DNA from: Octopus sinensis
Lineage: Eukaryota
Direction of reading: 5' to 3'
DNA length: 64,000 nucleotides
Assembly (NCBI RefSeq): GCF_006345805.1
Contig: NW_021832829.1
Span: forward strand, 558,001 to 622,000
The position numbers and the translations under genes were made by a program. The notes below the pieces were generated by a model. The model saw only the letters and a program-made list of their open reading frames with translations, searched no databases and had not been told where the DNA came from. Within the stretch, counting starts at the first letter, position 1. Each line of letters begins with the position of its first letter. Below are positions 38,930-51,326 of this stretch, one piece after another.

Positions 38930-40178
38930 GGACGCAGTGTGTGCTGCCCGTATTGTAGTCTTACATACAACGGGAGACTGTCCAGTCGGTCACCATGAGT
39001 TTTTTCCTCAAAATATTGGAGAATTGCCTCTCCTCGTGTGCCTCCAAGGTGCTATATGATGTGCATTTCCCAGTTCATGAATCTTGTGCAAATTCGGGGG
39101 AACCCGATTCGCATATTGACGAGGAAGGTGCACGTTTTGGCAGTTTTGGAGTTTATTTCTAACATTTACAGTGGGAACTGCCCACTGATCGAGGTGTATT
39201 TGTAATGGACTGTTCGATGAGGTAAATCTGCCATTGAGGATGATCCTGATTATCCCACAACAATTTGCCACCATCTCCCGCCTGTCTTCAATATGTCCAT
39301 CAGCCATTTCTTATGGCTATCAGTAGAGAACACGTGGTGAAGGAAATATAGGTTGGTGGTCGACTTATGGTAGGATTTGTTCTTCCTGTTCCCCACCATT
39401 CACTCCTCCATTGCTGTGTGCACAGACTACTCGGACATGTTCTCCTATTCAACTCGATCGAAATAAGGATGCTGGCCAAACAGGCCATTCTCGACTACCG
39501 ACTTGTCCACAAACTCATTGATGTGTGCGAAGAGGAGATGGGGTCATTCTACTCCAATAGAAGACGCGAAATGATTGCTCAGGCGGGTGATATGGTCATG
39601 CTAATCAACGACTTGGGCAGACATGACCCCCATGTTCACCCTCCCACACTATTCTAGTAGACTTGATGGCCGTTCTGAGAGACAGGTGAACTACTTTCTG
39701 CCAACAATACTTACACAAGTATGGCAATGACAGCAAATGCAAGGTGACCCACTCTTTGCACATTAGATGAACAACTCAGTCGACAGTGAGGAGATATACG
39801 ACCTGTCCGACGTGGATGAATTGGTCATCTCCCTCCCTCACCTCACCAGGCCTACCACGAATTCCTCAAACTGTCCTGCCGACTTCCCGATCTGCCCACG
39901 TTGAGTATTCCAGTCATGACATGTCCGGACATGATGCCCCATCTCCATTTCACGTTTGAATTGAACGGTATGGCCAAGTTGTCCTGCTTCAAAGCGATTG
40001 TCTTCTTTTTAATCTTTTATCAGATGTAAAAAGGAACATAACGCACTTCGCACCGTTAACAACGAGCCTTTTATCGATTGGCCAAAGAGGAAGGCTTTCA
40101 GAGGTCTTCTAGATCTCCCGATCCCGTGAGGCCAATACAATGTCATCCGTATAAGATAGGACAACATCATTATTGTCG
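38930..40178 (-). mobile_element. Degenerate non-LTR RT 3' half (same family as 60280-61290)
   Basis: DNNDVVLSYTDDIVLASRDREI versus DNNDIVFSYADDIVLASRDRNI at 60.6 kb. The distal boundary is uncertain. Confidence 0.6.
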
Positions 40179-40450
40179 TCAGGGAATTAATCTATCGATT
40201 TCTGGATCCCTTGACGAAAGACACGCTCGAATATCATGAACAACATTCAGCCTCGCACGATGAACTGATTTTAAACTAAACAACGATGAAAATCCTTGTT
40301 CGCAGAGATATGTAGTCGGAAACAAAAGCAAAAAATCGATTATATAAAATCCAATGTTGTGATATTTTGATATCATTTTGCACCAAAATTCAATTAATGG
40401 TGCAGATTCAAATAAGATTTTTGACTCGTGAGAATTTATTAATTCAATTT
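40179..40450 (-). mobile_element. hAT dimerisation-domain fragment
   Basis: LLFPTTYLCEQGFSSLFSLKSVHRARL. Confidence 0.75.
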
Positions 40451-40801
40451 AAAATTTTCTATTTCATTTAATTTTAGATGGCACATGTTATCATTCAACT
40501 TATTAAACATAGTAAAATTGGAATTTGGGTTAAAATTAGAATTTGTTGTATTAATCTTAGGAGGTTGGTGATTTAAAGCTTGGGCAAATGATTAAAGACA
40601 AGCAGTCAATTTTTACATCGACACGCCTTTTATGATTAAAAATAAGATTTTTGGATCTATAAGAATTGCATTTCGAGTATATAAATCTTATGTTTGAAGT
40701 AGTTTGTCGTGATGAATTAAAAGATATTTTATCGGACAACTTTTCCATTATTCATTTTATAAATTAAATTGGATGGATACAGATATCCGAAGGTTTTAGA
40801 A

Positions 40802-41784
40802 CAGGGGTGCGCAAGTGCGGCCGTGAGTCGATGAATGTGCGGCCGTGGGCACAATTAGGTCATCGAATATATCTTTGCAAGGTAAAGACCAAACAATTTG
40901 TCGAATGTATAAAAAAATTAACGATTTTATGGATACATGCCGCCTACTGAAGATTCACATAGAAAAAAATGAATTATTTCATTTTCAAAAAGTCAAAAAT
41001 CTCATTGATGACAAAATAATTAATTATGACGATCTTACACCAAATACATTTAATACTATATTCGATTATATTTTGAAACAATTTAAAGAGCGATTTAACG
41101 AATTTAAAAAAATTGAACTCAAACTTCAATTAACTGCAGCACCACATACTGTTTCGATTGAGAATGCGCCATTGGAATTTCAAATTGAATTATTGAAATT
41201 AAAAAATGATTTAATTTTGATAAATAAATTTAATGAAAGCGAAGATTTGTTGAATGTATGGAAATCAGCGACAGATTATCCAAATTTACGTGAAATGGCA
41301 AGAAATATTCTCGTTTTATTCGGAAGCACATATTAATGTGAGTCTACATTTTCCAAAATGAAATATTTAAAAAGTCAATATAGATCTCGGATAACGGATG
41401 CAAACTTAGAGTCATGTTTGCGCATAATGATATCTACCCTACCAGTGGATTTCAATAAGCTCGCAAAAAATACCAAAGATCCTGGCTGTCATTAGAATAA
41501 CTTGTATAATACATTTCTTTTAATTAATTTTCCTTCTTTCTTATCTTTTGTCCATGAAATAATTATTTATTTAAATAATATGATGTCCCTGATGAACGAG
41601 AGCATTTCCTGTCCAAGAACTCATTCGGTCTCGATGACAATGGGCAACTTATGCGGTCACTTTTAATAATTAAAAAAAATTACTATATTAATATCGAAAA
41701 AATAATGCAGAAAATGTGCGGCCGTGGAAGAGAAGGAAAAAAAATGCTATGCGGCCGCAAACCCAAAAAGCTTGCGCATCCCTG
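40802..41784 (+). mobile_element. Internally deleted hAT element with intact ends
   Basis: TIRs CAGGGGTGCGCAAG / CTTGCGCATCCCTG. 8-bp TSD TTTTAGAA at 40794-40801 and 41785-41792. Transposase C-terminus LFGSTY*CESTFSKMK. Confidence 0.92.
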
Positions 41785-43039
41785 TTTTAGAAGATAAAAA
41801 TAGCAACGTTCTAAAAAATAAAATTACAGAAAAAATCTATGAAGTTAGTTAGTAGCCCCAAACTCCCTGACATGCAGGAAGCCGTCGGTCATTAAGTAAC
41901 GCATAGCGTGGGCCGATCGCTCCCAGAGATCCACTAGCTCTGCGTGTGTAGCGATATTAGCCGGTGGTCCAGGACAGAAAAACAAATAGTGGACGGAAAT
42001 CGGATTAGAGCTACACACGTGGCAGGGTTTTCTTTCTAGTTTTTTCCTTATTTAATTGTGTCCAAGGCAGTGGTGATGTCCACAGTGAAATCTTGCGAGA
42101 ATCACACGTTCTTTTCTTGGCGATAGTAATTGCGATTCATCAATTTTGGAGTATTTTGTTCCGTGATAGTCTGCGGATGGCCCTCGTGTCTTAAAGAGAG
42201 AGTGGTCGGGGAAAGCCGAGTGAACTCCGACTAGGAACCATTGAGAGATAAACCGATTTGGACAAAACCCGAAATAATATCAACAAAATCGTTCCTTATG
42301 GATTCAAGCCCACCATTTAAGGTGATATCACCAAGATACCAGAAATTAGAGCGGAATTGACAGTCTTTGGGCAATATGGTCCACTGCGAGGGCAAATAGG
42401 AAAGGACCCTAATGGATCCCCTTCCTGAACCCCAGACGATGAGATTAGCAAATTTTTCCCAAATAAAAAATTCAAGGGACACGTGTATGATAGTACGCCA
42501 GGCAGCGGGCGTAAACGACTTTCAGGATGTGGTCCCTGCGAACACTATTAAGGCGTTGCGCACATCCAACTTGACAAGAAACGGGATTTTCGAGTTGGCT
42601 TTAGTGACCAGTCCCCTCACTCCGTGGGCAGATGCCTCACAGGCAGTGTTCCCTCTAAGCTAGGAGAAGAGTTTTTAAAATTTTTGACGTTCCAAGATTT
42701 TGAATGTCAGGTGAAAACGTAAACGATCTGACAAATCTCTCATCTTTCTTTTTGAAAAAGAGAAGGCTTGGGAAAACTGTACTTTTCCTACAAAAACAGG
42801 ACTTTCATTGCAACGCCGTACTGTAAACAAAGCGATGATTTTTACAAAAAATCGACTACAAAGTCTTTGAGTGACTTGGTTGAAAAGAATGCTATCTTCG
42901 GAATATAAGCTGATGCACGTGGGAGCAGTTTGCACCTTGCTGCGCAGCGAAATTTTTTTCTGCGCAGTAAAAAGTATAATATTAAAAATTGCTATTTTTT
43001 TTAATTTTTTATATGAATTTATATATTCTTATTTTCATT

Positions 43040-43897
43040 TCAAAACGAAAACGTGTCTATAATATTGATATGAGACTTAAGAAAAATTTTGGCTGAATTA
43101 GCAGATTTGTGCACAGTTTTCCAAAGAAGCTGTATATCGACCATAGAAGCTGTACAGTTTGCCAGAGCAAAAATTTCGAAGCTGAAATCTCAATATTTGG
43201 ATGGAAATGAAATTTACTGGAGTGACAGTGTGAAGATGTTGTTATCAACAACTGGTTATGGAGATACAAATACAGATGAAATCCTATGCTTTATCGAGCA
43301 TGTTTATCTGCATTTACAAGAAAGATTTCCAGCTGACGAATTAAGAGAATGGGTAGCATTTGACACTCAAGCAATTCAAAATCAGACAAACTTTGAATTT
43401 GGAAAGAGGAGATAATTAAATTAGCGAAAAAATATGAAAATTTACTCTCTTCAGAAGTCCCACTCATAAAACTGCAGTCGGAATATACAGATCTCAAGTT
43501 TATTTTAAAAGAAAAACTGCACTCTGGTGCTTTGAAAACATTTGAAGATGTAATTTACTATATACTAGCGGAGAAAAAATTTTCAGCCACTGCAACATTT
43601 GTGGATATTTGTGGCACATTTCAAGCGTCGAGTGCTGATGCTGAACGTGGATTTAGTTTGATGAACTGTATCAAGACTAAACTACGTAATAGACTTGAGA
43701 TTGACCATTTGGAGATGATCATGCGAATCAAGTTCTATTTAACAAGTGGGAATACAGTGGATCTTGATCGAGTATACAAATTTTGGATACAAAATAAAAA
43801 CAGAAGAGAATATCCAATTGACTAGACCTATTTTTTTAACCATTGGTTTTTTAATTGTAAAATTTCCCCCCCCCAAAAATTTTTTGCACACGTCACT
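43040..43897 (+). mobile_element. hAT transposase 3' part (ZNF862-like)
   Basis: LCTVFQR, LQERFP, SSADAERGFSLMNCIKTKLRNRL. Confidence 0.8.
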
Positions 43898-44664
43898 TTA
43901 TAACGCTGCACAATGCAATGTGCCCAGCGCGCATAGCTACCACTCGCTTAGAGGGAACACTGCTCACAGGAGCCTCGGATACCAACGCCGAACTGACGTG
44001 GCAGCAACTGAGAGCTCAGATCAGAGAGAACATCGCTATGAATGATTTTCGCAACGAATCTCCTAAATGTGTTACCCACAGCGATGACGCTGATTCCCTC
44101 GGCTTTTATTTAGAGCTGTTAAGCTTGCCGAGAACAGCAAATCGCGTACAAAAAGATTAGATGTTACCAAAAATAATTTTGCAGCACAAGGATGCGATTG
44201 ATTTCAGGAAACGTCCACCAGATTCCCCTGCCAGGGGAGCGACAAGGTCCTTTAGGTGTATCGATTTTAGGCCATCCGCCACTGCTACTTAACGGAAATG
44301 AAGCTAGAGAAACTTGCACGTCATTAGAAACAGTGCAAGCAGATTTGATCACCCGAGGGGGTTCTCAAATGTCAGCTGGAGCGGAAGGATATTTCAACAG
44401 AAGAGAATTAAAAACAGAATCTTTACGAGGGGCAACTGATGCCGTATATAAGATTAAGCGAACAGCAGTCGAGACATAACCCTGCATCAGTTTGCTCTTA
44501 ACTGACCGAGCTAGATGTACCGCGATCTGACGTAACCAATGGTAAGTCGAAGGTTGCCTTTAGGAAAATGCTAATCTGCTGAGCCACAGATATCCGATTT
44601 ACTGCCGCCGTTTTCCCGGGGCCGCACCAAAACAGATAAAAGGAAACGAGAATAATTTGCACAA

Positions 44665-44762
44665 GGCTTCTGACCTGATTGATTAGGTTTCAATTTTCGA
44701 TGTGGGTCACCTTCATGTGGCGAAAGTCGGACGCTGTGTTTCTCACTGCGACTAAAAGACCC
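44665..44762 (+). ncRNA. HDV-like self-cleaving ribozyme candidate at the 5' end of an orphan LINE leader (44665-44840)
   Basis: P2 GGGTC(44704-08)/GACCC(44758-62), P3 ACC/GGC around 7-nt L3 TTCATGT, P1' GAAAGTC, GG, P4 hairpin 44732-50, J4/2 CTAA. A 5'-truncated copy at 7342-7398 (minus) has L3 TTCACGT. Confidence 0.65.
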
Positions 44763-45710
44763 TCTATATGCTCCCCATTGGATCCCTTGATCTTCTGGCT
44801 GTCCTGGAAGTGGCGCTCAGCTTCTTCCATGAGTCACTTATTTTCATTTCATTGTATCAATCTATTCTATCCCTTTCTCACTTATTCATTCCCATGTCTT
44901 GCTGTCTATCATGTAGCCATGTCAACGCCCGGAACCTGACCGTCTTTGCGTTTCTTGTAATAAGTATTTTCACCTCTCCTGCGTCAAATTTACAAAGCGT
45001 GATTCAGCATCAATATTTGCATGGAAGTGTCCTATATGTCTCCCGCACTGTGCGATAGTCAAACCTCCCGCACGCTTTATTCTCATTCAACCTGAAAAAT
45101 TTTTGTCGCTCTCTCGGAATTTCGGAGTGTTCGCGTGATCCCTGCCAGGATCCCAAAACAGCAAGAATTTGCGTTGCTGATTACCGGCGACCCGTGTGAG
45201 CACCGGTATTTAATCGAAAGAATATCTATAGCAATAGTCAGAGGCAATACTCTGGCTATCTGCCAATGACTATTTCTCTTTTGGTTTACATAAATAAAAT
45301 GACATAAACAAAAAAAAGCTTAAATAATGTTTTTGTTATGTCGCAAGTGGAATGTATTACATTTATCGGTAGAATTTGCTTCATGGAGATCTAAGAGTAG
45401 ACAACGTTCTGATCAACAATGAATTAATATGTAAATTCCCAATTTTGGATTAGATATCAAAGCAAATTTCAACGTCCCTGAAGGAAAGATTCGATTTGCT
45501 AAAATTTTTCAAATTCAAATCATTTTTAAAATTTTGTCCATCATATTGATATGTGTACTTTCCAAACAGTAAAGGGAAACGAAACCTAACAACTCTTTAA
45601 ATTTGTCCTGGATGGCTTCAATGAGAGGAAACCGCCAAAACAAACAGTCATAGCTTCCATTGACATATTTTTAAAGGCTTTGAATTTCACTTCGAAAGTT
45701 AGAAATTAAT

Positions 45711-46700
45711 TGTCACGCGCGCCATAACTGAAACGGGCGCCAGACGTGTAACAATTTGGCCTTGCATTTTAACCTTCAAATGTCATTTAATTGTTGTCTG
45801 CCGGTAACTATTATTTTTGCGGTACTTTTGTCGAAGTGGTCGCAGTTTTTTTAGAAGATAATTAAAATTAATTAATTTTTTTAGTGAAAAATAGATTATT
45901 TAATTTATAACCCTCTATCAATAATTTAAATGGTTATTAAATTATTTAAAAATTTATTTAACCAATTTAGTCATTTTTAGTACGCGGCATCCAAATTCCA
46001 GGACTGTAGAAGGAATTTATGTCTTTTACAATCTGTGCAAAAGATTCCTTATAGTTCTGTATTTGTTTTCGCCACATAAATTCTGAAAAAATAACTAACT
46101 AAAAAAACCTGCGAAATAAGATCCCAGATGATGTCTTACAGCTCCTCTTTGAGCTTATTCTTGCATTTTGCACTTCCCCACATTCGTTCTACTGTCTGGG
46201 TGTGCACTCCCGTCGTTGGATCCACAAAGAATTTTCTGAATATATTTTGCAGAAAATGCACTGCATCCTCCTTACTTATTGGGAGCTGTCGGAATTTGAT
46301 GTTGCATAAGTCCACAACAGAATTTTCCATGTGACCTATAGTGCCAGTTTATATCAATATTAGGTACATGCTCGCCATAATATTAAAAAATTAGAAAATA
46401 AATTAGTAAAAAATTTAATAATATTTTAAATTATTGATAGAGCGACTTAAATAAAATATAATATATTCCACCTCAAAAATTATTAGATTTTTTAAAAGGC
46501 CTAAAAAAACTGCGACCACTTCGACAAAAGTACCATTTTTGCAAATGAGAATAGCTAATGCAGTCAAAGATGATAATGAATATAATGATATTCTTCAGTA
46601 TTTACAACATGAGAAATTTCTAGAGCGATTGTCAAGAACACAAAGATCAAGATTTTTACAAAAATGCAAGAATTTCATTTTAATCGGAGGTATTTTCCTA
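45711..46700 (+). mobile_element. Ginger-like 5' remnant interrupted by a Merlin element
   Basis: Starts TGTCACGCGCGCC. Peptide EYNDILQYLQ...QRSRFLQKCKNF is homologous to the 27455 ORF. Confidence 0.5.
45821..46534 (-). mobile_element. Merlin/IS1595-like element, internally deleted
   Basis: ~33-bp TIRs GGTACTTTTGTCGAAGTGGTCGCAGTTTTTTTAG. 8-bp TSD ATTTTTGC at 45813-45820 and 46535-46542. Motif FVDPTTGVHTQTVERMW. Confidence 0.9.
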
Positions 46701-46707
46701 TCTCATT

Positions 46708-49112
46708 TCAGGAACACTTTATTTTAATGAATAAATGGTGAAAATAAGCAAGTAATTTGCTTGAATGATCACGAAACAACGATATCAATAACCCACCAGA
46801 ACTATCAGCAATTGAAGACAACAAGGACGATTCTGAGTCTCCCACGTCTCTCACATCAGAAGCATTCGAAGAATCGGATGCTAAAACCATGCCACCTTTA
46901 AACTAAAATAAAACAGGATACCGTCTTGCGAAGATTCACTCTCAAATATCAATGCATTAGAAAAACGTTCTTCAAAAGACGATTCTCTGGGTAGACAAAC
47001 ATTTGAAGTATAAATGACTGAAAAATCAAATAAAACGGAATTACCTTCTTGTTCGCACTCAGAATTAGGAATATAAGGACAATCAACTGCCAATTGATCA
47101 AGTTGGTCTATCGTGAGTTTGGTTGCCTCTTCATTCACAAAAGTCTCGCTGGATCCAGAAAATGTTAATTCATGATTTGAAACACCATAGCAATCTAAAA
47201 CTGTCATTTTACGAATTTTACCAGGAAAACCAATTAAACTCTTCAGACAGTCCGCAAACTCTGATGGAATAGAGGATGTGAGCTCGTTCAACTGTTCTTT
47301 GGTTCTCGAAACACGAGCATCCTCAATATTAAACTTGAAAAGCTCGTAGAGTTCAAGATACGAAAAGTGTCGATTAAGTAATGTATTTTCTGTATCCCCA
47401 GGGACAGTTACTCCTCGGTTTATAGTGTCTTTGAAAATTTGCCGACGATAAATAAACTCCTCGACGGTCCCACAGCTAATTAGCCTATAAACCACCACTG
47501 GGCGGGTTTGACCGACTCTATGAGCCCTTCCAATGGCTTGACTATCACTAGCAGGATTCCAACTCGGATCGTCTTAAAATTAAACCCAAAATTGTTGTAC
47601 ATATCAAAACTCTGTCAGCAAAGGTCAAAGTGAGTCCAACTCCTCCAACCATCGTCGTTAAAAGCAAAAAATTTGGGGATTTTACTGGATTTTGAAAGGC
47701 TTCCACAATTTCTCCTCTCCTTTCCATTTGGACATTTCCGTCCATTCGAAGTAATCGGTGACCCTGAATGTTTTAAAAACTCCAACTTGGCTAAGAAGAA
47801 TCTTCTCAAGAATGTCAAGAACCTTCAGAGATCGAGAGAAAACGAGTGTCCGATGTCCATTTTTTGCTAAAGTGTTGAGCAATCGGACAGCAAATGCCAG
47901 TTTTCCAGATCCCTTGATGAGGGAAAGAGGATCAGGGGACTGCTGTTTCAACCGACGGTAACTTAAAATCAACCAAAAATAAACAGCAATTCCACATCAG
48001 GATCCCCATTGGACTCTTTAAGTAATGTTTCCACCACAGAAATATGAAGAAGGTCGGGATGGTCACAAAGTTTTTTCAAATTGACAATTTCAATGAGTGG
48101 GGACCTCGTTGAAGTCATTGACTGGGATTAAATCAAAAAATACCTCTCTGACTTGTTTGGAGGACAATAATTGTTGATAGATTGATATTTGATGATCATT
48201 CAAAAATGTCCAACATACCAAATCCAGTTTTGGTGGGATTTCAGACAGACCAGTCGATTTAAGTTCAATTTGGTCTTTAGTTCTCCGCAGAATGAGAGGA
48301 TCAACCATTTCCTTAAGTTTTCTAAGTCGAGTCTCTCCCAATCCTTGGACGACTGCACTCGTTCCTCGCTCATTTGCCTAAAATGAAAGAAAATAACGCA
48401 CTCTGCTGATTTTTGTAGCGAAAGTTTCCTTAAAGTGCTTCATCGTCCACAATTGATGGGTTCCACTCGTCACAAAATCCACAAGTGCCCACAATTCCTA
48501 AAATAGCCTAAAATTAAGACCATAAGATTGTTCTGCAAAGGTGTCCCAGTGAGGGCTAATCGTCGATGACTCTTCAAAGAATTGAGAATTTTAGCAGATT
48601 TTGTTTGATTTCGGAGAACATGTGCCTCATCCACTACGATCAAGTCCTAAAATGGGAAAAAAACAGTACAAAAAATGTGTTTCTCAGATTGTCTGCAGAG
48701 TTGAGGACTGTGGCGTAGGTCGTCAAAAGAACCCCCCGACGATTCAAAAAACGACGGAAATATTCTAGCTTTTCTCTTCCGTAGAATTTATAATATGGAA
48801 ATGTAGTTTTCCTGGAAATAATGTTAAGAAATAACAGACCATTTAGAAATTTCATTTTCCCAATTCTTGAGGAGATTGGCAGGAACAATTATTAGAATGC
48901 GAAGAGAAGTGTCTTCTTCATATAGAGACTGGATGTATACGATAGCTTGAAGAGTTTTTCCGAGTCTGGATTAGTTAATATGGAAAATACCCCATCTCAT
49001 CACCCAGGATTGCGCCTTTTGATTTTTGTAAGGTCTTTTGCATCCATAAAACACCGTCTCGTTGGTAATCAAATAGTTTTTTGATTATAGAATCACAACA
49101 ACGCATTTCCAT
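46708..49112 (-). CDS. ERCC6L: SNF2-family DNA translocase ERCC6-like (PICH), about 12 small introns
   Basis: [16 protein letters not shown]|[91 protein letters not shown]. The 3' end is approximate. Confidence 0.85.
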
Positions 49113-49574
49113 ATTATAATATGATCCCGCGTAGTTTAATTATTATATAATGTGATATAATAAAAATATATTATTTAACTGTTTTCATAAAAATTTAAAC
49201 AAATTACACGTCTTCTTTTAAATTTGATTTTGAACCTCCATGTAGCCTTTTGTCACTAGAAACAATTTTCATTTGGTGTTGAGAGTCTCACTTCTTAGCA
49301 CTACATTCTTTTTCTTTGAGCGCATTTAAAAATTGCCTACAATACCATTTTACGTTAGCACCATAGGTACAATGTTCAACTTAGCATTATGAAATCTAAT
49401 TCATTTTCCCGTTTCAACTTGTTTCAATAGTTATCCAAACTTCAATTGAGGTTTTCGTCTTTTTATTTTATCTAACATAAAATAATCAGTTTATTGTTCT
49501 GGCAATTGACATCGGTGAAATATATTGTATAGAAACTGTATTCACAGAAGTATTATGAAGAATATACCATTTCT

Positions 49575-49725
49575 CATACTAAATGGGATTAACAAGAAAC
49601 TAAGTAAAATCAATAGAAAATTAAATGAAATCAATGAAAACGACGTATGATTACCAGAAAACTAAGTGGCCTCAATAGAAAACTAAGTGGAATTAATACT
49701 AAGCTAAATAAGATTAACACCAAAA
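49575..49725 (+). repeat. Degenerate 21-nt tandem repeat
   Basis: AGAAAACTAAGTGGCCTCAAT / AGAAAACTAAGTGGAATTAAT and related units. Confidence 0.55.
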
Positions 49726-49759
49726 AATTATTTTTTAAAATTTAATTATTATTATTATT

Positions 49760-50390
49760 GAACCAGAAAACCACCGTCATAGCCAAAAGAAAGAAGAATT
49801 CAGGTGATCCCAGCCTCCCCCAGCAGTTCGCGCAGCCTCTCCCGATGTTCCGCTGTTGTCCCGACGCATTTTCGGTACGGACGGGGATTTTCAGGACGAA
49901 CCTCTCTGTTGTTCCAGGCTTTCGGGATAATCTTTTTTTCGGAGAAAGTATTCAGCAGGTTTGCCGCTTTCACCCGAATTTTGTCGATTTTTGATATATT
50001 GTTTCCACTCAAGTTTGTTCCCCAGATTCCGCACGCATAGCCGATCGTAGGTTCCAGATATTGATTATATATGTTGTTTAGGCCATATAGGCCTTTGCAT
50101 TCTCCTGCGTTCTTCAGGAAGGCATTCAGGAAGTTAATCTTTCTTGCACCGGCCATAACTACATTTTCGACGTGGGTTGAGAAGGTTAGAAAGGTGTCGA
50201 ATGTAACACCAAGAATCTTCTGGGTTTTGCTCTGCGGTATAATTTCCCCGTCTAACTTCGCTTCAATTGAGACTTTCCCAAGCCTTCTGTTTTTCGTAAA
50301 CAGAGTCAAAATAGATTTTTCCAAACTTGCCTCCAGTTCGTTTTTATATAGCCATGTCAACCATATTTAATGCTTCAGCAATATTTCTCT
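49760..50390 (-). mobile_element. Non-LTR RT thumb / 3' fragment
   Basis: KILGVTFDTFLTFSTHV, IYNQYLEPTIGYACGIW. (TAA)n-like tail near 49750. Confidence 0.8.
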
Positions 50391-50524
50391 ATATTCAAAG
50401 CATAAAGCTTAAATAATCTTTAGATATAATTGATTTTATTCTATCTACAATTATTCTTACAATTATCCGTATCGAATACTCTTTAATTGACAAAACTTCT
50501 CCTTTTTGGAATAAAATTTGATTT

Positions 50525-50700
50525 TTAAAGACGGAAAACTTGGAGACGTTGGAGACGACGTCGGGTGCTCTTGGTATGAAGACGGAAAACTTCCTCCGCA
50601 AGCTCGGGGTAAAATATCCATGCGCACTCATGATCCTCTGGAGGTGGACTGGCCTTTCCAGCGGTTTGGCGATTCGTCAGGCCGCTGGCTAAAAAAACGC
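50525..50700 (+). mobile_element. CRE-like 3' fragment, close to 10980-11160
   Basis: Near-identical GAAGACGGAAAACTTCCTCCGCAAGCTCG...GGAGGTGGACTGGCCTTTCCA. Confidence 0.8.
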
Positions 50701-51326
50701 AAATAAGTCTTATAAATATGTGACAAAATTTTCCAAGAAAAATGATTTCATCACACAGAATAAGGTTTTCAATTTTCAGACTATCTTTAAAAACAATTAA
50801 AAAAATATATTCTATTATTTAATGTCATTAGAGCTGTATCGACTAAGAATCGGTACCGTTAAATTATGAAAAACTAAAAATACATTTCATAATAGTACAT
50901 AAATATATTTTAAATGAAAAAACGTCGACATACGGCGCATATCGCTGAAAGAGTTGGATTTGGTGAAATAATTCAATTTATGGAGATCTCATAAAACTGA
51001 ACCTGTCCAATTTCTATTCCATGAGATAATTTTATGCGGTATGACACTGACACCAGTTACGTTAAGAAAAGTCGTTTTAAAATTAAATAGAGCTGCCGAT
51101 TCCAAAATATTTGTGAGAAAACGAGGAGTCAAATTAGATAACAGAAATAGAATTTTTGTAAAATTCACTCCAGAATTGGCTTTCAACAAAATCAAGTTTT
51201 GATTTGTTTTTTTATGTTTTGGATGAATTTGAAACCGAACTAAGCATTGAGGACGCTGTGAAAACAATTCAGACTAGCAAAATGGCTCGTCAAACTAGAA
51301 TTCGAGTAACATTCATGCTCTAAAAT

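Noticed and set aside
41585-41640. CTGATGA followed by a stem, as a possible hammerhead ribozyme
   Set aside because: The required GAAA core and stem III are missing.
43900-44640. GC-richer stretch with short ORFs (LTWQQLRAQIRENI) as an LTR-retrotransposon gag
   Set aside because: No LTRs, PBS, zinc knuckle or pol motifs visible; too weak to call.
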